63,990 nucleotides of DNA, filler included, from Reticulomyxa filosa (GCA_000512085.1; 23 parts of 23 records of this genome joined end to end with filler, not necessarily neighbours in it), one strand, 5' to 3'; positions 35,928 through 49,828 are shown, counted from the whole stretch's first letter. Made by a program: numbers and translations. Notes: generated from the letters alone by a model not told the origin.

Positions 35928-37110
35928 ATGTTAAACAGGCAGTCAGATGATGAGATGATCCTTTCTCAAACGAATCCTGAGGCAACAAGACCCAACTTGC
36001 CAAAAAGTGATCGACGTAGACGATTATCACTAGAGGAGAAAACATTATTGAAACAAATGCGAAAGCAAAAGGCTGAGTTTCACCAAAGAATTCGACAACT
36101 GACTGGACCAAGCAATGACGAGCACTATCTTAAGTACTGTTTAAAAAAGAATAAGCCTGGATAGTTGCCTAGCTCTTCTTTTTGTTTTTCTCCTTTTAGG
36201 AATCGTCATGAAATAATTCAAGAAATCGTCGCACATTTGGGACATGCAATGAACGTGTTTGATAGCCAAAGATCTGCAAGTGAGTGGCTCACTGATGCCT
36301 CAATGGACTCCTTGCCCATTTTTTGGTTCAAAGTTATCCACACATAAACTCACACTGATGGGCTCTTTCCTCTTCCCCTTTCAACAATGTGGCATGTGTA
36401 TCACCAAAATAGGAAACAATAAAAAATATGCACAGCCACTTGTGTAATGTTTGTGCAATTATAGATGCATCATTGGCAACCTGACGATATTCGATTTTTA
36501 TACGATTGTCTCGGCAACCCAAGGGCTAATTTGGAAGAAGAAATTAAACAATGTTATTCTGGCAGTGATACGAAACTTAAAGTTTAATTTCCCCCTTTTT
36601 TTTTTTTTTTTAGTGCAAATGTTTTTCATCAATGCAATATGACAAAAAAAAAAAGGTCTCAAAAAACGGAAAAGGGGAAACAAAATTTTTCCTTTTTGCT
36701 CTGGAAGCAAAAACGCATACGCACACACGAATACGCACAAAAAAAAAAAAGGCAAAACCACAAGGGAAGCAGATCCGAAGAGACAGTAAGTTGTATTTGA
36801 AACAGCAGCAAATATTGATCCGTGATAAGCACGACCACTATTCGTCAAAGATATGGTCCCAAAGCCACTATTCCGATGTGTTGGGAACACAGATATGGGA
36901 TCAGTTCGTCCAATCCCGTGGCGGGGTGTTGTCGTGCACCTCAGTGAATGAAGACCAATGGAACATTGCATTGAACGACAGTGGCATCGAAGTAAGTCCC
37001 GATTTGTCGTTGGACTTGTACATTGCGCTGTTAGATGCAAAAGAAAAAATTGAGCAGCAATCCAAAGAGAAAAATATGATTCCCTCGGAACAAGTTGCGT
37101 ACGTGTGCAT
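35928..37110 (+). CDS. Hypothetical multi-exon protein (3'-partial)
   Basis: Coding-like blocks (35928-36135, ~36200-36330, ~36460-36580, ~36770-37097) separated by T/A-rich intron-like segments. Confidence 0.35.
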
Positions 37111-37120
37111 TACTTCTCTC

Positions 37121-37158
<38 letters not shown>

Positions 37159-37424
37159 NNNNNNNNNNNNNNNNNNNNNNNNNNNNNNNNNNNNNNNNNN
37201 NNTTAATTAATTAANNNNNNNNNNNNNNNNNNNNNNNNNNNNNNNNNNNNNNNNNNNNAAAATCATTTGAAAGAATGTTGATTTCATCAAACAAAAAAAA
37301 AATTTATTAAAAAACCAATTTCATATTTAAAAACTACAAGATTTGTATATATTTAAAAAAAAAAAATTAGGTCTAAATGTTGATTTTTCATTGATAAAAT
37401 CAATTATCATCATATGATATCGTT

Positions 37425-37750
37425 TTAGGCGTTCAGTTTTCTTTGCAACCTACTGTACATGCAGTCGAAGAAGACTATGGAAATCAACACGAACCATGCG
37501 ATTATTAGTAACTTGAAAGAAAAATTTGCGGCAGATCTATCAGACAAGGATTCAGCTTGGAAGAACCAGTAAAATTTGCTGGCCGTATCCACAAATTGAT
37601 TAAACTGGTCCTTAGTATTTTTGATGAAGATGAGGACGACTAGCCTCAAGAAGACGCCGCGAAAGACGCACTGCAAGAGCAAGCAGCAGACAAACCTGAC
37701 GACGGAGCAGAAAATGCCGACCTGAAAAAGGAAGATATTTCGGCAATGTA
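37425..37750 (-). CDS. Small hydrophobic protein or relic, homologous at its 3' end to 54160-54340
   Basis: 85-aa ORF with two hydrophobic segments. The 3' flank is shared with another contig. Confidence 0.3.
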
Positions 37751-38653
37751 GGAGGTTGGTTAATCGAATCTTTTTGTTTTAAGAAGAGGACAAAGAAATT
37801 GAAAGTCTTCTTGTCCCGCCGCTTTGTTTTTTTAATTTTAAAACTTTGTCTTTGAAATTCACACTTTCTGGCGTCATTTAGCAAACAATTTTCGAAAATA
37901 TCCTAAATAACCCTTTTTTCGCCTGAGCTTCGTCAAATGATAATACTTTTATATCTCATATCAAGAAGGGGTCAATAAGTCCATTACATTTTTACACAAT
38001 AGGAAGAGGGTGTCAATTGTAGTGACCAGACTTTATGACTCTTCAACATACACCTCAAAAATTTGCTTTTTCGAAAACAACAAATTTATACATTTAACAA
38101 GTCATAAAAACACTATTTTATGTTTTATCTTTCCAGTGCAATAAGGTGAATTTTTCATTTAATTTCAGTCTACAACTTGGGTGATTTATGTGGTTGAAAT
38201 ACGTGATAGTGACTAATACACTATCAAACAAAACTTTCAAAAAATACTAAAATCTTCGAAAATCAATCGAAATTATGTGCTAAGTGGTATATGTTCGCTT
38301 TTTGTTTTGCAATAATTATTTTGTCGCAACAAGTCAAACCGTACTTTTTCAGTAAAAAGTAATTCAATTTTGGAAAAAAAGTATTTCGAGGCGCAATTTT
38401 GAACGCAGCGTTTTTCAAAAAAAAAATGCAATGAAAATCAATTGCTGAGCACTTAACGCTCGCGTTCGTCGTGTGAAAGCAACCTCGAACCCAACAAATC
38501 GCAACAAAAATTCAAAAAAAAATAAACAAGTTGTCTAGTTTTTAAAATCCAACAACTTCTTTACACAAACCACTGGCAACTCCAACAGAAAAAACGCAAT
38601 TCAAACAGCTTTTTTTTGCTTACTGGTCATAAATTGTCGTATTTTAACGCTTT

Positions 38654-39174
38654 CTAGACATTGGATTTGGTTTTTTCGTTAATTGCGCTCTTCGACAATT
38701 CGCCGTCATCGGTTGCAGCTAACTTGATTTGAACTCCTACTAATTCTTGAGTAAATGATTCCTTAACACTGGCATATTTCATTTTGTCACTGGCTTTGGA
38801 AGTGTCAGGTACCCACGAGACAAACAGTAATTTGTGGTTCCAGTCCAAGACAGCAAAACGAGGAGCTCCTGAAAAAAGAAAATTCATTCACAATACGTAT
38901 ACAATTTAGCTCCCCACAAAAAAAAATAAATTGCGGTTTGCCGCAGCCTTGTTAGTTTTGAAGTTTTTTTTAATTTTTTCCTACCTGATTTCTTTATGCC
39001 CGAGATAAAATCATCCAAATAGTTTGCTGGATCTTTACAGTCCGTTTTTAAAACTGATGTTTCTACCACAACTTTGTTGTCATCGATTTTAAACAAAATA
39101 AATGCGTGCTTCTTGCCTAATTTCATTTCATTGAAGGTTGACAAAGCTGCTTCCTCTGCTTTTATTGCCAACAT
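38654..39174 (-). CDS. Actin-depolymerizing factor / cofilin; 2 exons
   Basis: Motifs FNEMKLGKKHAFILFKI, PRFAVLD, KLLFVSWVPDTSKASDKMKYAS and LAATDDGELS. GT..AG intron at 38984-38869. Confidence 0.93.
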
Positions 39175-39726
39175 TTTCTTTCGGTCTGTTTTTTTTTTGT
39201 GCATTTTTTGACGCTGACAGAAAACGTGCTTAGTCTTTGAAGAATAAAATAGGGGATCAGCACAAAAGCCTCACACTTTTAGCGTTTTCGTTTTTGGGAC
39301 AGAGATATTTTCGACATAAAATATTAACTGTAAAGATCTGATTACAGTAGCGAACACAACAAACGGCAAGAAAATTATAGATAACACTTCAACCCAATTT
39401 AAAACGAACTTCTTTTTTTAAATCCTGTCCCTTTTGACAGCAAATAAAATTCAACGAAATACCGCGTTACCCTTGTACCTTAAGCCACTTGAGGTGGTAA
39501 ACAGCAGCAAACCCAATAAGCACAAAAGATGTACAATTGCTCCATTGAGGCTGGAGGTTGAGGCATAATATCCAACTTGTTTTGCAAAAATTTGGGTCAG
39601 AAACTGACAAAAAAGTATTAGAAGAAAGTTGTGTAAAGATTAAAACAAGTGTTTTTCTTTTTGTTTTCTGGTTTTTTTAAGACAAAAAACAATAAGAAAC
39701 GCTTTTGGAGCTAAACCCCATACGCA

Positions 39727-41690
39727 ATGCCACCATGGAATTTATTTGCGATGATTTGGCTATTGGTGACCTATGTGATCTTGGTCCCGTTATGTTGCCG
39801 CGAGCTGAGACGTTATTGGAAATCAAGAGAAAAACTGTCTGTTCGGAAACCCGAAATAGGCATGGCGTTGTTTGTTATGTTGTTATTCAATAACGCAGGT
39901 AATTTTTAGAATTAAAAAAAAAAAAGAAAATAATAAGCATCAAAGACGAAAGGTGTTCTGTGTGTTTGAAGTGACTCTAACAACACGACTATGGTTGAGT
40001 CTGTTTACGAATGCACACGACATCAAGCCAATGATCCCAGAAACATTCAATATGATTTTAATATTGCTAGTTGCAATGCTACGACTGTGGCACATAGTGT
40101 GTGACAATCATTACAGAAAGCACCAAGCACAAATCCTACTGAGCAAATCTAACAACAGCAAAAAGAGCAACAACAACAACAACAACAATGTAGCTCAGCA
40201 CCAGCCATCTTGTTTTCAGCGATTCAAGCAAGCGTTGACTAATCCATTTTTAACATGGAAGCTGACTGCATTATTGTTCTTTGTTATCGTTGCTATTTTC
40301 GTGTTACGTGTTTTTTTTTTTTTTTTTTTTTACATTTCCTGGGTAGGATTTAGCATCCTTATCAAAAAAAAAAAAAAAAAAAAAAAAATAAAGGAGAAAG
40401 AGATTGAGATAAATAGATAAATTGAATAGAAAGAGAATGTTCGATATACATACGAATACATAAATGGACAATAGGACATTATCGAGATATGAGAGACGAT
40501 GGATGCCGCTAGTGTTCGTGGTATCGATGATAGCGTTGCTGATGATATTGATAACGATGTATACGTACGAAATCTCTCACGTCGCAGACGTACTGTTTGT
40601 TCGTGCGGAAACGCAGCTGCATGTGCTGTGTTTGGTAGTTGTGTTTTTGATATACGTGCTAATTCGAGTCGGCATGGGCGGCTTCGGTCACTGGAAAGGA
40701 TGGCACGAACACGAGTTGCGACCAATGGAAGACACGTTGTTGGCAATCTTGCCTTGCGTCCCTTACTACGCCATGTTGTTCATCGGCACCACGTTAGTAA
40801 TGTATCACGTGGAAAAGCTACAGCAGAACAGTAACACACCGACGCAAGTCTTGATTGAGTCGTCGATTGAACTCAAGTCCACAAACGCACATAACAATCG
40901 AAAGAAAGCGTCTTACTTGCTCGTTACCAATGGCGACGCTGATATCAATACAAAGAAAAATGCCAATGCCAATACCAATGCTGATGCTAATCCTAATGCA
41001 AAGACAAAAGCGATGACCACTACCACGGTACCATCGTCATCGCCTTCCAAAACAAATCACAAAAACTTGCCCAGTAGCAATAATAATAATAATAATAATA
41101 ATAACAACAATACTCCGTATCAATTACTGCAAGAAACTCCGACGCTGCATTCGATGACACAACCCACCCCTCCAATCACTCCTTTGTACACTTCCCACAA
41201 CCTCAACATGACAGACAGAGGAGGGGGGGGTGTCCATGGCCTCGTGCCTACGTCCGTTTTCAAGTCCGAGTTTGTATTAGACTCGCCCGAAGAGCCGTCG
41301 CGCACTGCACAAAACCTCACCCCTTTGGCCCAGCCCGTTGCTAATGTGACCCCGGACTGCTCCACTCTTGATATCAAAAGCCACAGTTCTGCTGGCCAAA
41401 CGATCACTTTGACGTCGTCGTCCACTATTGCTCCTTCTTCTGTGGCAATGACGACAATGACAACGACAAACGCACCAATGATCACCACCACTACCACTGC
41501 AATGTCAGGTCCCATCACGATAGATGGCGACACAGACGTGGTAAACGTGGCCGCTGAAAATAACACTATCAGTCCCGACGATCTCAACAATCAAAGCGAT
41601 GCAAATAATAAACCCACGACCCAATACTCCATCCTTCAAGTTATCAATGATCAAATGGATTCAAAATGTTCATGAATCATATGATTGCGT
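39727..41690 (+). CDS. Multi-pass (7TM-like) membrane protein with probable C-terminal RGS domain; multi-exon, 3'-partial
   Basis: Several transmembrane helices in ORFs 39727, 39872 and 40464, then a long S/T/N-rich linker. One added A at 41653-41655 gives ILQVINDQNGFKMFMNHMI, the start of an RGS domain, followed by a GT donor at 41689. Confidence 0.6.
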
Positions 41691-41694
41691 TTAG

Positions 41695-41732
<38 letters not shown>

Positions 41733-42399
41733 AACTACGTATACACATGACTGCACATATGGTGTNNNNNNNNNNNNNNNNNNNNNNNNNNNNNNNNNNN
41801 NNNNNNNNNTTAATTAATTAANNNNNNNNNNNNNNNNNNNNNNNNNNNNNNNNNNNNNNNNNNNNAATAGTTTTTCCTTTTAGTATTATTTTAAAAAATA
41901 CTAATATTTGCCGTTGTATAATTTGTAGAATCCTTGAAATCACTTTTCTACATAATTTTATAATTATATAAAAGTGAAATTAATGATTCATAAAGTTATA
42001 TCTATGCAATTTGAATTTACTTATTTATTTGCATAAGTTTTCGTTAATTATGATCCTATGTTAAAAACAACTTTGAAGAAAAGGAATAAAAATTGTAATT
42101 ATTTCTTCAAAAGAAAAAAATTTAAATAAATGCAAATTTAATTGTAATTGTTAATATGTCATAAATATTTTTTTTAAGATTGAGAATGTTGTAGTATTAC
42201 AATGTCTTACAAAGTAATCAATAAAACAACATTTGCACTTTTGGTGCTGTCTTTTTTATGACATATTACTCCAATTATGTGCATATGACTGTCTTTTTCA
42301 TTCAATGTTGCAATACAATGATACAATAAACATAGTATAGTGTTTTGAAATACATTTATTTTCTCGAATTAAATACTTGTACAATGATCTTGAAACAAC

Positions 42400-42820
42400 A
42401 AATCATTCCAACTACCAAAGAACAAAACATATCATTTATACAAATATGCAATCAATGAATTGCTCAATATCATTACGAACGTGTAGTTCATGAAATTGAA
42501 AAGTGTTGTCAGTCAGAAATGTTTATTCAACTCAAATTGTTGTGGACAAATGACCACCAAATCAGACATTAATTGTCGTGTTGCTCAATTGGACACTTGC
42601 TGTTGTTTTGTTTCAGGTACATTTGCAGACACTCTTCTCCGATCAAATATACATGTTCTGTGTTGTCGTGTTCGTCACATTGTAACTCAATTACGTTGTT
42701 CATTGTTTCGTTGCACACGCAACAGGTCAAGGGGTTCGGGTTTTGTGGCTCATTTGTCAACGACACAGCATTTGTTGTAACAACTAGAATCGAAAAAAAT
42801 TATGTGTTAACTTTTACCCC
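42400..42820 (-). pseudogene. Degenerate TRAF-type/RING-like zinc-finger gene
   Basis: CCVCNE..ELQCDEH..LIGEECLQMYL..KCPIEQH is a RING-like spacing, followed by a stop and broken frames. Confidence 0.5.
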
Positions 42821-43055
42821 TTTCTTATCTTTTGTGTCCATGTCTTTCGAGTTTTTTTATATATCAAACGGGGACAATTTTTACGAAGAGTGCAAATGGT
42901 ATTTGTAATACACTTACACATAAAGTGCAATGAAATAGTGAAATGTTGGTTATTAGTGTTTCCCCTTCCCCCCCCCAAATGATGGAAGCAGATTGAAGAA
43001 GTAAAAAAGGCACAAAAACATAATGTACACAGCCAATTAATCAAAGAAAAAAGGA

Positions 43056-43990
43056 TCAACTCCTGGTGTACCCAAAATACCCAAATTGTAAAATAACATC
43101 GAATTTGCTTTTGAGGATATCATACGAGCTATAATTTGGAATATGCAACGAGTAGTCGCAAGTGCTCGCCTCCGGCAAAGAAGTGGGATCGTGTTGATTT
43201 TGCTTCGATATGTCGATCGACCATTGTTCGTGTTTGTGAGTGGAATATTTACTCTTGCTGAACCCGTATAATGGCAAGCTACAAGTGCCACTCCAAAACA
43301 ACAGCAAATGTTTTAAGCCTTCTTTGTCTAATGACTTTACATAGGTCCAGAACCATTGGATCACGTTGTCATTCGCTGAACAGTCATCATAATCGACATG
43401 CTTTTGCCACTCTTCAATATCAATACTAATAACAACAACAACATACATATATATGTATTATATATATATATATATATATATGTGTATATTGATAATAAAT
43501 GTAACTCGTCGGAGCCAGCTAACGCTTGTCGCAAATGATCAGCAGAGAGAGACTTGTGAACAATGGAGCGAGGGAATAGACTCCAAAACCCCTTTTGCAG
43601 ACTCTGCAATTGCGAGATGACATTTAGAGTCAGTCTGTGTTTTGTGTACAAACGGACGTAGCGCTCTTTGTTTTGGTTTGTCAGTTCGATTTGATCGCCA
43701 TGTTCGCATAGCAAGACCTCGCTCTTGGAGACATCGTCGTAGATGACAAAATGCAGACCATAGGTTTGATGCATTTGAAATCCTCGCTTGGAAGTGTTGT
43801 CCATCCATCCTTGAAATGTGTGGAACATCTTTTCGTCAAAGTGTTCCAAGTCGGTCCAATCCAAGTCTTTCTCTTGTCCCAACAAATGCTTCAAAATGCC
43901 ATTGGACAGTTTCACGCCGATTGGCACACCATTGATTAGACTCAATCCCAAAAACTTGCCCACAAATGTGTAGTATCTTTTTTTTATAAA
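43056..43990 (-). CDS. HECT E3 ubiquitin ligase, C-terminal domain (5'-partial)
   Basis: Motifs YYTFVGKFLGLSL, ELTNQNKERYV, IDIEEWQKH, VIQWFW, LLLFWSG and LPEASTC (catalytic Cys), ending YSSYDILKSKF. Intron at 43505-43426. Confidence 0.92.
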
Positions 43991-44459
43991 ATAAAAGAGT
44001 AATGTGTATGTTAATTGGAATATGATTGCACACAAATACACACACACACACANNNNNNNNNNNNNNNNNNNNNNNNNNNNNNNNNNNNNNNNNNNNTTAA
44101 TTAATTAANNNNNNNNNNNNNNNNNNNNNNNNNNNNNNNNNNNNNNNNNNNNAAAAAAAAAGAACCTAACATTGAAGTATCGGGCAGCATTTCAAAAATG
44201 TTGAGCGCTAATTGGCTTGTGACTTGACAAATTGATTCATGACAAAATCGCTCATGTCGACGATAATACGGTGACTCCTGGATGTCCAAGGCATATGCAC
44301 ATTTCACTCGACTTTGGTGCGCTTATTATCACTATCATACCAACCTCTACTTCAATACTCGCAAATACACTATGTTTTTGTTTTTTAAAAAATTCATTTA
44401 AATCAAATCTACAATACATACAATCCATCCTCCACCTTACCTTCTCTTGCTATACGTAA

Positions 44460-44973
44460 ACCTCCCTTTTTTTTATAAACTTTTTTTTTTCATAGAAATT
44501 TTTTTTTCATTAGATCTTTATGTCCCTGTTGTTTACCTATATTTTGGTTTGAAGTATGTCGATGATATGCTCGAAGTTGGAAAAATATTAATGTATATAT
44601 TCTTCTTGGACTGCCTTGTTGCAATTTTGCTAATACGTATACTTGTGTTTTTCAATTGCACCGATATTTTTGTTATGTTGTTACAGCCATGTGGACATCG
44701 CACGCATTTCCACGTTTTTGATTTCCACATTTGGTTGACAGAGTGGTTGGCCAACTTATTCAATGATAGCATTAATGTGCCCATGTAGTCTTGATGATTT
44801 GAATATATTGTGCAGCTTTCGTTTGAATTTTCTTTGGCCACATTGCTTGCACCTGACATCACCAGAACCGCAGTTAAGACTTGCAGTATTATCAATATAA
44901 TTTCATATACCGACGATTGCTTCATTTTGCTGTTGAAGTAGACAAGCTTTGCGCTCAGTATTTTCTCCTCCAT
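44460..44973 (-). CDS. Hypothetical protein with signal or TM segment (multi-exon, partial)
   Basis: Hydrophobic segment IILIILQVLTAVLVMSGA in a 146-aa ORF, followed by intron-like sequence. Confidence 0.3.
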
Positions 44974-45564
44974 TTGCCCCCTTTCTTACGAGGTACACTG
45001 AAATGGAAGGACATCAAATGAGCAATAAAGCCACTTTAAGAGAAAAAAAATTTTGTGGCAAACGAGTACATTTATAAAACGTCAGATGAATGTCATACAA
45101 TGTATAGAAATGACGAGTTTATTGAGGAAGGACATACGTACAAAAAAATCTTAATTAGAATTGAAATAAGTGCAAATACGCATCCACAAAATAAAGAGTG
45201 CCAGAAAAATGAATGTATTGTTAACAACAATCCTTTTAGAAATGAGACCCCTATGAAGATAGTTTATCACTTAGCAAGCAATTCATCAATCTAAATTCTT
45301 CTTTTTCGCCAACAAATTTGAGATGACAAAATCCAGATTTTTTGAAACAGTTAAAAGCACTGTCATTGCTAGTAACAATCAATACGTACACACACGCAAC
45401 AAAAGCACTCAAGTGTTGNNNNNNNNNNNNNNNNNNNNNNNNNNNNNNNNNNNNNNNNNNNNTTAATTAATTAANNNNNNNNNNNNNNNNNNNNNNNNNN
45501 NNNNNNNNNNNNNNNNNNATATATATATATATACATATATGTACATTGGAGCTTTAATTTCCAA

Positions 45565-47170
45565 ATGAAATCAAAATATACAGTATTCGGACTGATAAAA
45601 AAACACGTATCGCATTTTCCAGAAAAAGTAGTGGCTCTGTTTGAGAAGTTGAAGATCGGATTTCTACAGTTTGCTCGCGAATTGAACAGCGAATCCAAAG
45701 TGCAACTGATCACGCAACTTTTGGATTGGACGAGGGACGACCCGAAATCAAATGAGAAAATAGCGAGTTTGCTGAATAAATACATTGCACAGAGACTCAT
45801 CGAAAATACAACTAACACAAAAGACGCAGACCTCCTCTTCAAAGTCATGCAAATTATGCCATTCTTGTCCGATAACAATATGTACAAGTTGTCGAATAAT
45901 ACTATTTTGGCAAATGATATTCGCTTTTTACCTTTTTTCATTCGCTTTATTAAAGTTTACTTTTTATTTTATTTTATTTTTTTTTATCAAAATATTTTTT
46001 TTTTTTTGGACATTAGCGTGAGCAATCTATCGAAACGAGGAATGAATATTGGAAAACCTTATTCTTAAGTTGGCTGCAACTTGAAAATGGTTTTTCCGAG
46101 TGCGTAAGGCGTATTGTCGACAATGATTTGAATTGGGATGTGTTTGTATCGGTCTGTTCTCGGTCCAGCAATGAACATTGGTCAAAGCAGTGGCAAGCAC
46201 CCTTTAATGACAAATTGCATATGCTATCTATTCCATCCATGCCTATGTCATGTTATTATCTATATATATACATATAATATATATATATATATTATTGATA
46301 TGTTATTCTCAAATAAATCAGTGAAACTTGCAATAATCAAATCGATACCACAAAAGTGGACGGGCAAGTATTGTCGAGACAAAGGGACGATAGGACTGGA
46401 CGCAGCAGAACGCAGTGAGTGTATGAAAGTGGTGCGAGCATGGATCGACGTCGAGTCTCAATACAAACTCGCCAGTGAATTGATGGACCACTTATTGGAC
46501 GACTTCAATGTGTTCCATCAAAAAGACTCCAACGAAATTATGAATTTTGTGTCATCCGAGGAAGGTTTGGAACTACTTCAGTTAACTTTTTTTTATTGTA
46601 TTAACCAAAGTCATTCTTAATAAATTACATATGTTTTTTTTTTTTGAAATAGTTTTTTGCAGCAAATCAGTCAAAAAATGAAAGTGAATATATTTGACTA
46701 CTTTTGTCATTGGTTTGAGCAGTTGTGTGAAAACATCACAAAATCCAATGTGAATGTGGCAGCCATGGACATGTTGGTAACCAGCGCGAGATTGGAGAAG
46801 TTACTGAAATTGTGGGAAGGAATGACCAGCCGCGGCACCACAATCAATACCAACACGGTGAGAACTTTGGCCAAGGAATACGAGCAAGTCAAAATCAATC
46901 GCGAACTCTTGGAAACGTTTTTTAAACGCAGTGGCATTGGACTCGTGTGGTTTGGCAGTGAGTTGCAAGCCTTGCATCAACTAAGTGTTCAAATCACCAC
47001 TGCTCACGATTGGCAAGATATGACATTGCGACAAGCCCTTCAATTCGATTGGACCGCGTTTCAAACTTGCAAAAGCATTTTCGAAGCCTTTCACAAAATC
47101 CAAGTCTCTGATATTGCTTTGTCCATGTGGAAAGCTGTCATTGCTGAAAAAATCCATATGTGGAGCATTG
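45565..47170 (+). CDS. Internal fragment of a large helical protein (multi-exon)
   Basis: Four coding blocks (45565-45954, ~46017-46245, ~46322-46580, ~46653-47170) separated by AT-rich intron-like gaps. No family assigned. Confidence 0.5.
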
Positions 47171-47540
47171 TACGTATACTACATACATATAACAAATATA
47201 TATANNNNNNNNNNNNNNNNNNNNNNNNNNNNNNNNNNNNNNNNNNNNTTAATTAATTAANNNNNNNNNNNNNNNNNNNNNNNNNNNNNNNNNNNNNNNN
47301 NNNNTTTTATACATTTTTTTTTTTTTTTTGAACCAAGTTTTCATTCAATGTGATAAACTAACTTACTTTTCCAGAGAATTGGATGTTGTGTGCGGATTGT
47401 CTATTGCCAGAAATATGCAGTTCACAATGATCACCAACAAAATAAACGATTCAAACCACTTTGAATATACAATGCCATGTCTAATCCACCATTGTGTCCT
47501 TTTTCCATCCTCTTTTTTTTTTTTATCAATTTTTTTTTTT

Positions 47541-47834
47541 TTAAAACAAAAAAAAAGGGGTCAATACAAAAGTGTTAAATAAACCCAGCTGTAGCTCATC
47601 TGGAGGTTTCAATACTCTCGCTTCTTTTGAACGAGCCGTTCTTGAAGTTGCGTCCGCTGGGGGAAGCGCTACTGTTACAGGCTTTTCACTCTGCACACTG
47701 TTTGGCACAAGGGTGTTCGGTTTTTTGTCTTGATTGCTTTGGCTTAGTTGCTGTAACTGTGTTTGTATCTCAGCACTGAACTCTTGATTCGTCGAAGCTG
47801 AGTTCAAACCTCTTTCTACAAGTTCTGTTGTCAT
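47541..47834 (-). CDS. Hypothetical protein, first exon
   Basis: ATG start with coding-like composition, running into T-rich intron-like sequence. Confidence 0.4.
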   Translation of the reverse strand: MTTELVERGLNSASTNQEFSAEIQTQLQQLSQSNQDKKPNTLVPNSVQSEKPVTVALPPADATSRTARSKEARVLKPPDELQLGLFNTFVLTPFFLF

Positions 47835-48942
47835 GTTTAAAGGGTGGATTTTAAAAAGTTTTTCAATTACCGAATAATGACAAAAAGGTCCTTTTGTCTT
47901 TTTTTGGCGCTTTTTTATGCTACCTCTTTTTCTCAGTATCTTATGTAATGCAATAATTTTTGCAGCATAATGTATTATATTGTGTTATAAAAAAACAAAA
48001 TACTTTACACATATTGTAGCATCCTTTTTTTTATTTAATTTAAATTTAGTTTTTATTTTTAGAACTCTTTTAAAATATTTCATGTCTTGGAAGTCAAAAG
48101 GGGGCAAATCTAGACCACAACATGATGAAAAGAGGCATATACATCATATACTAGCACAGATTGTAGTACTTACAATAATGATGCGCCTTTCTTTTGCTCT
48201 TATCTATATTGAATTTTTTAAGTTTTTGTTGAATTAATTATTGTTTATCTTAATCCATTAAATTGTGTTTGCTATTGTGGGAAGCTTGTGTGCAGAAGTT
48301 CCAAATTTGGAAGAGCTCTTTAGCTATTGTGGCTAGCAGTTTTCTCTAAAAACTGTTTGCTTACTGACTCTCTAAAAAAAAAATCAACTTATTCGCTAGT
48401 CGTCTGGTAAAACTAAGTCAGTTGATCTGGTGAGATTTTAAAAGAAATGTAGAGATTACGCTTACAATGCTCTCCATAGACATGCCAGACATGGATTGAT
48501 AATGACGCACCTCAGGACGTTGTTTGAAGTAGTGCCCCTTCTTGTTAGGAGATTTTGGTGAGAAGAATTTTAACGGACTGACAGCATTGATTGAAAGTAG
48601 ACGTAGCCCAAAAAGTAAATATTATTTTTTCAAAACACTCTACTCATTTTCAAATGAAAAAATTGCCCATTTTCCTTGATTAGATCTATCTCATTTTACT
48701 TTTCTTGCAAGCTCGGGCTATGGTCCAAACTTTTGCAATTGTTTCAGTTTTTCGAAAGTTTTTATGTTTCAATTAAAATAATTTATAAATTTTTTTTATG
48801 CTCCAGGTTGTTATATTAACGAAAGAGATTGTTATTTTGGAATCAATGAAATAAAATATTCTTTCATCTTAAATCAGAATTATGTGACGTCACTACGACT
48901 TGAAGCTCGAAAAAAAAAAAAGGACATTTTAAAACAATACAC

Positions 48943-49828
48943 ATGGCCGAAACAATGGATATAGTTACATCTGTTGTCAGAGATGAGACCTCTAGCGAAG
49001 AAGAAGAAGAAGAGGCACAAATCGAGCCCACTCCAGAGGCGGAAGAAGGGAATGAAGATTCAGAAGATGACGCTATTCACCCAGTGAAGCACACGTTGAT
49101 AATCAACAACACGACATTGGTGTGTCCCATCGAGCTTCTCTTTGGAGCAATTCAAAGTAAAGGAACAACGCCGTCCACTTCGTTGATACCAGATAGTTAT
49201 GACCCAGACATGTTTATTGGAAGGACATTACATTCATCCACGTCCACGCATACAAATGTACTGTGCACAACAAAAAAAAATTATCAAGAGGGAAGGAGCG
49301 CACTTTCGCATGTTGTTCTCTAAATAGGCCCAATGGCAAACAAAATAAAAATAAAGTAAAACAAAAAAAGACCATATTTCTACCCCCCTTTTTTTTTTTT
49401 TTTTTTAGGAAAGAAAGCGAACATTTCACGAGATGAGTACATCACTGTATGCAAATGACAACGACCAACTGAGTGGTAGCAACAAAAACAACGTGGGCTT
49501 TGTGAACATGAATGATATTCCATCAGCGCAACGAATCGGTGACGCACCACCGACCAAGTCAAAGGAAAACCAAAATCCAAACAGTAACAATAGCAGCAAA
49601 AAAAACGCAGGTTCTTTCAATAGCAGCCATTCCGGAGTCATGTTCACCGTTCCCGGCCCGACCTTTGTTCCGGCGAATTACAATTACAATTACAACCACG
49701 CCCATAACCCCGCTAATAGTCATTATGGATACAATTATAATTATGGTTTTAATTATAGCCACAATCATACTGCTCATATGAATAATAGTAATATTAATAA
49801 TAATAATAATAACAATAATAATAAAAAT
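48943..49828 (+). CDS. Hypothetical acidic/N-rich protein, 2+ exons, 3'-partial
   Basis: ORF 48943..49323 with a poly-E tract, an intron-like gap ending TTTTAG at ~49408, then an N/Y-rich ORF to the contig end. Confidence 0.45.
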
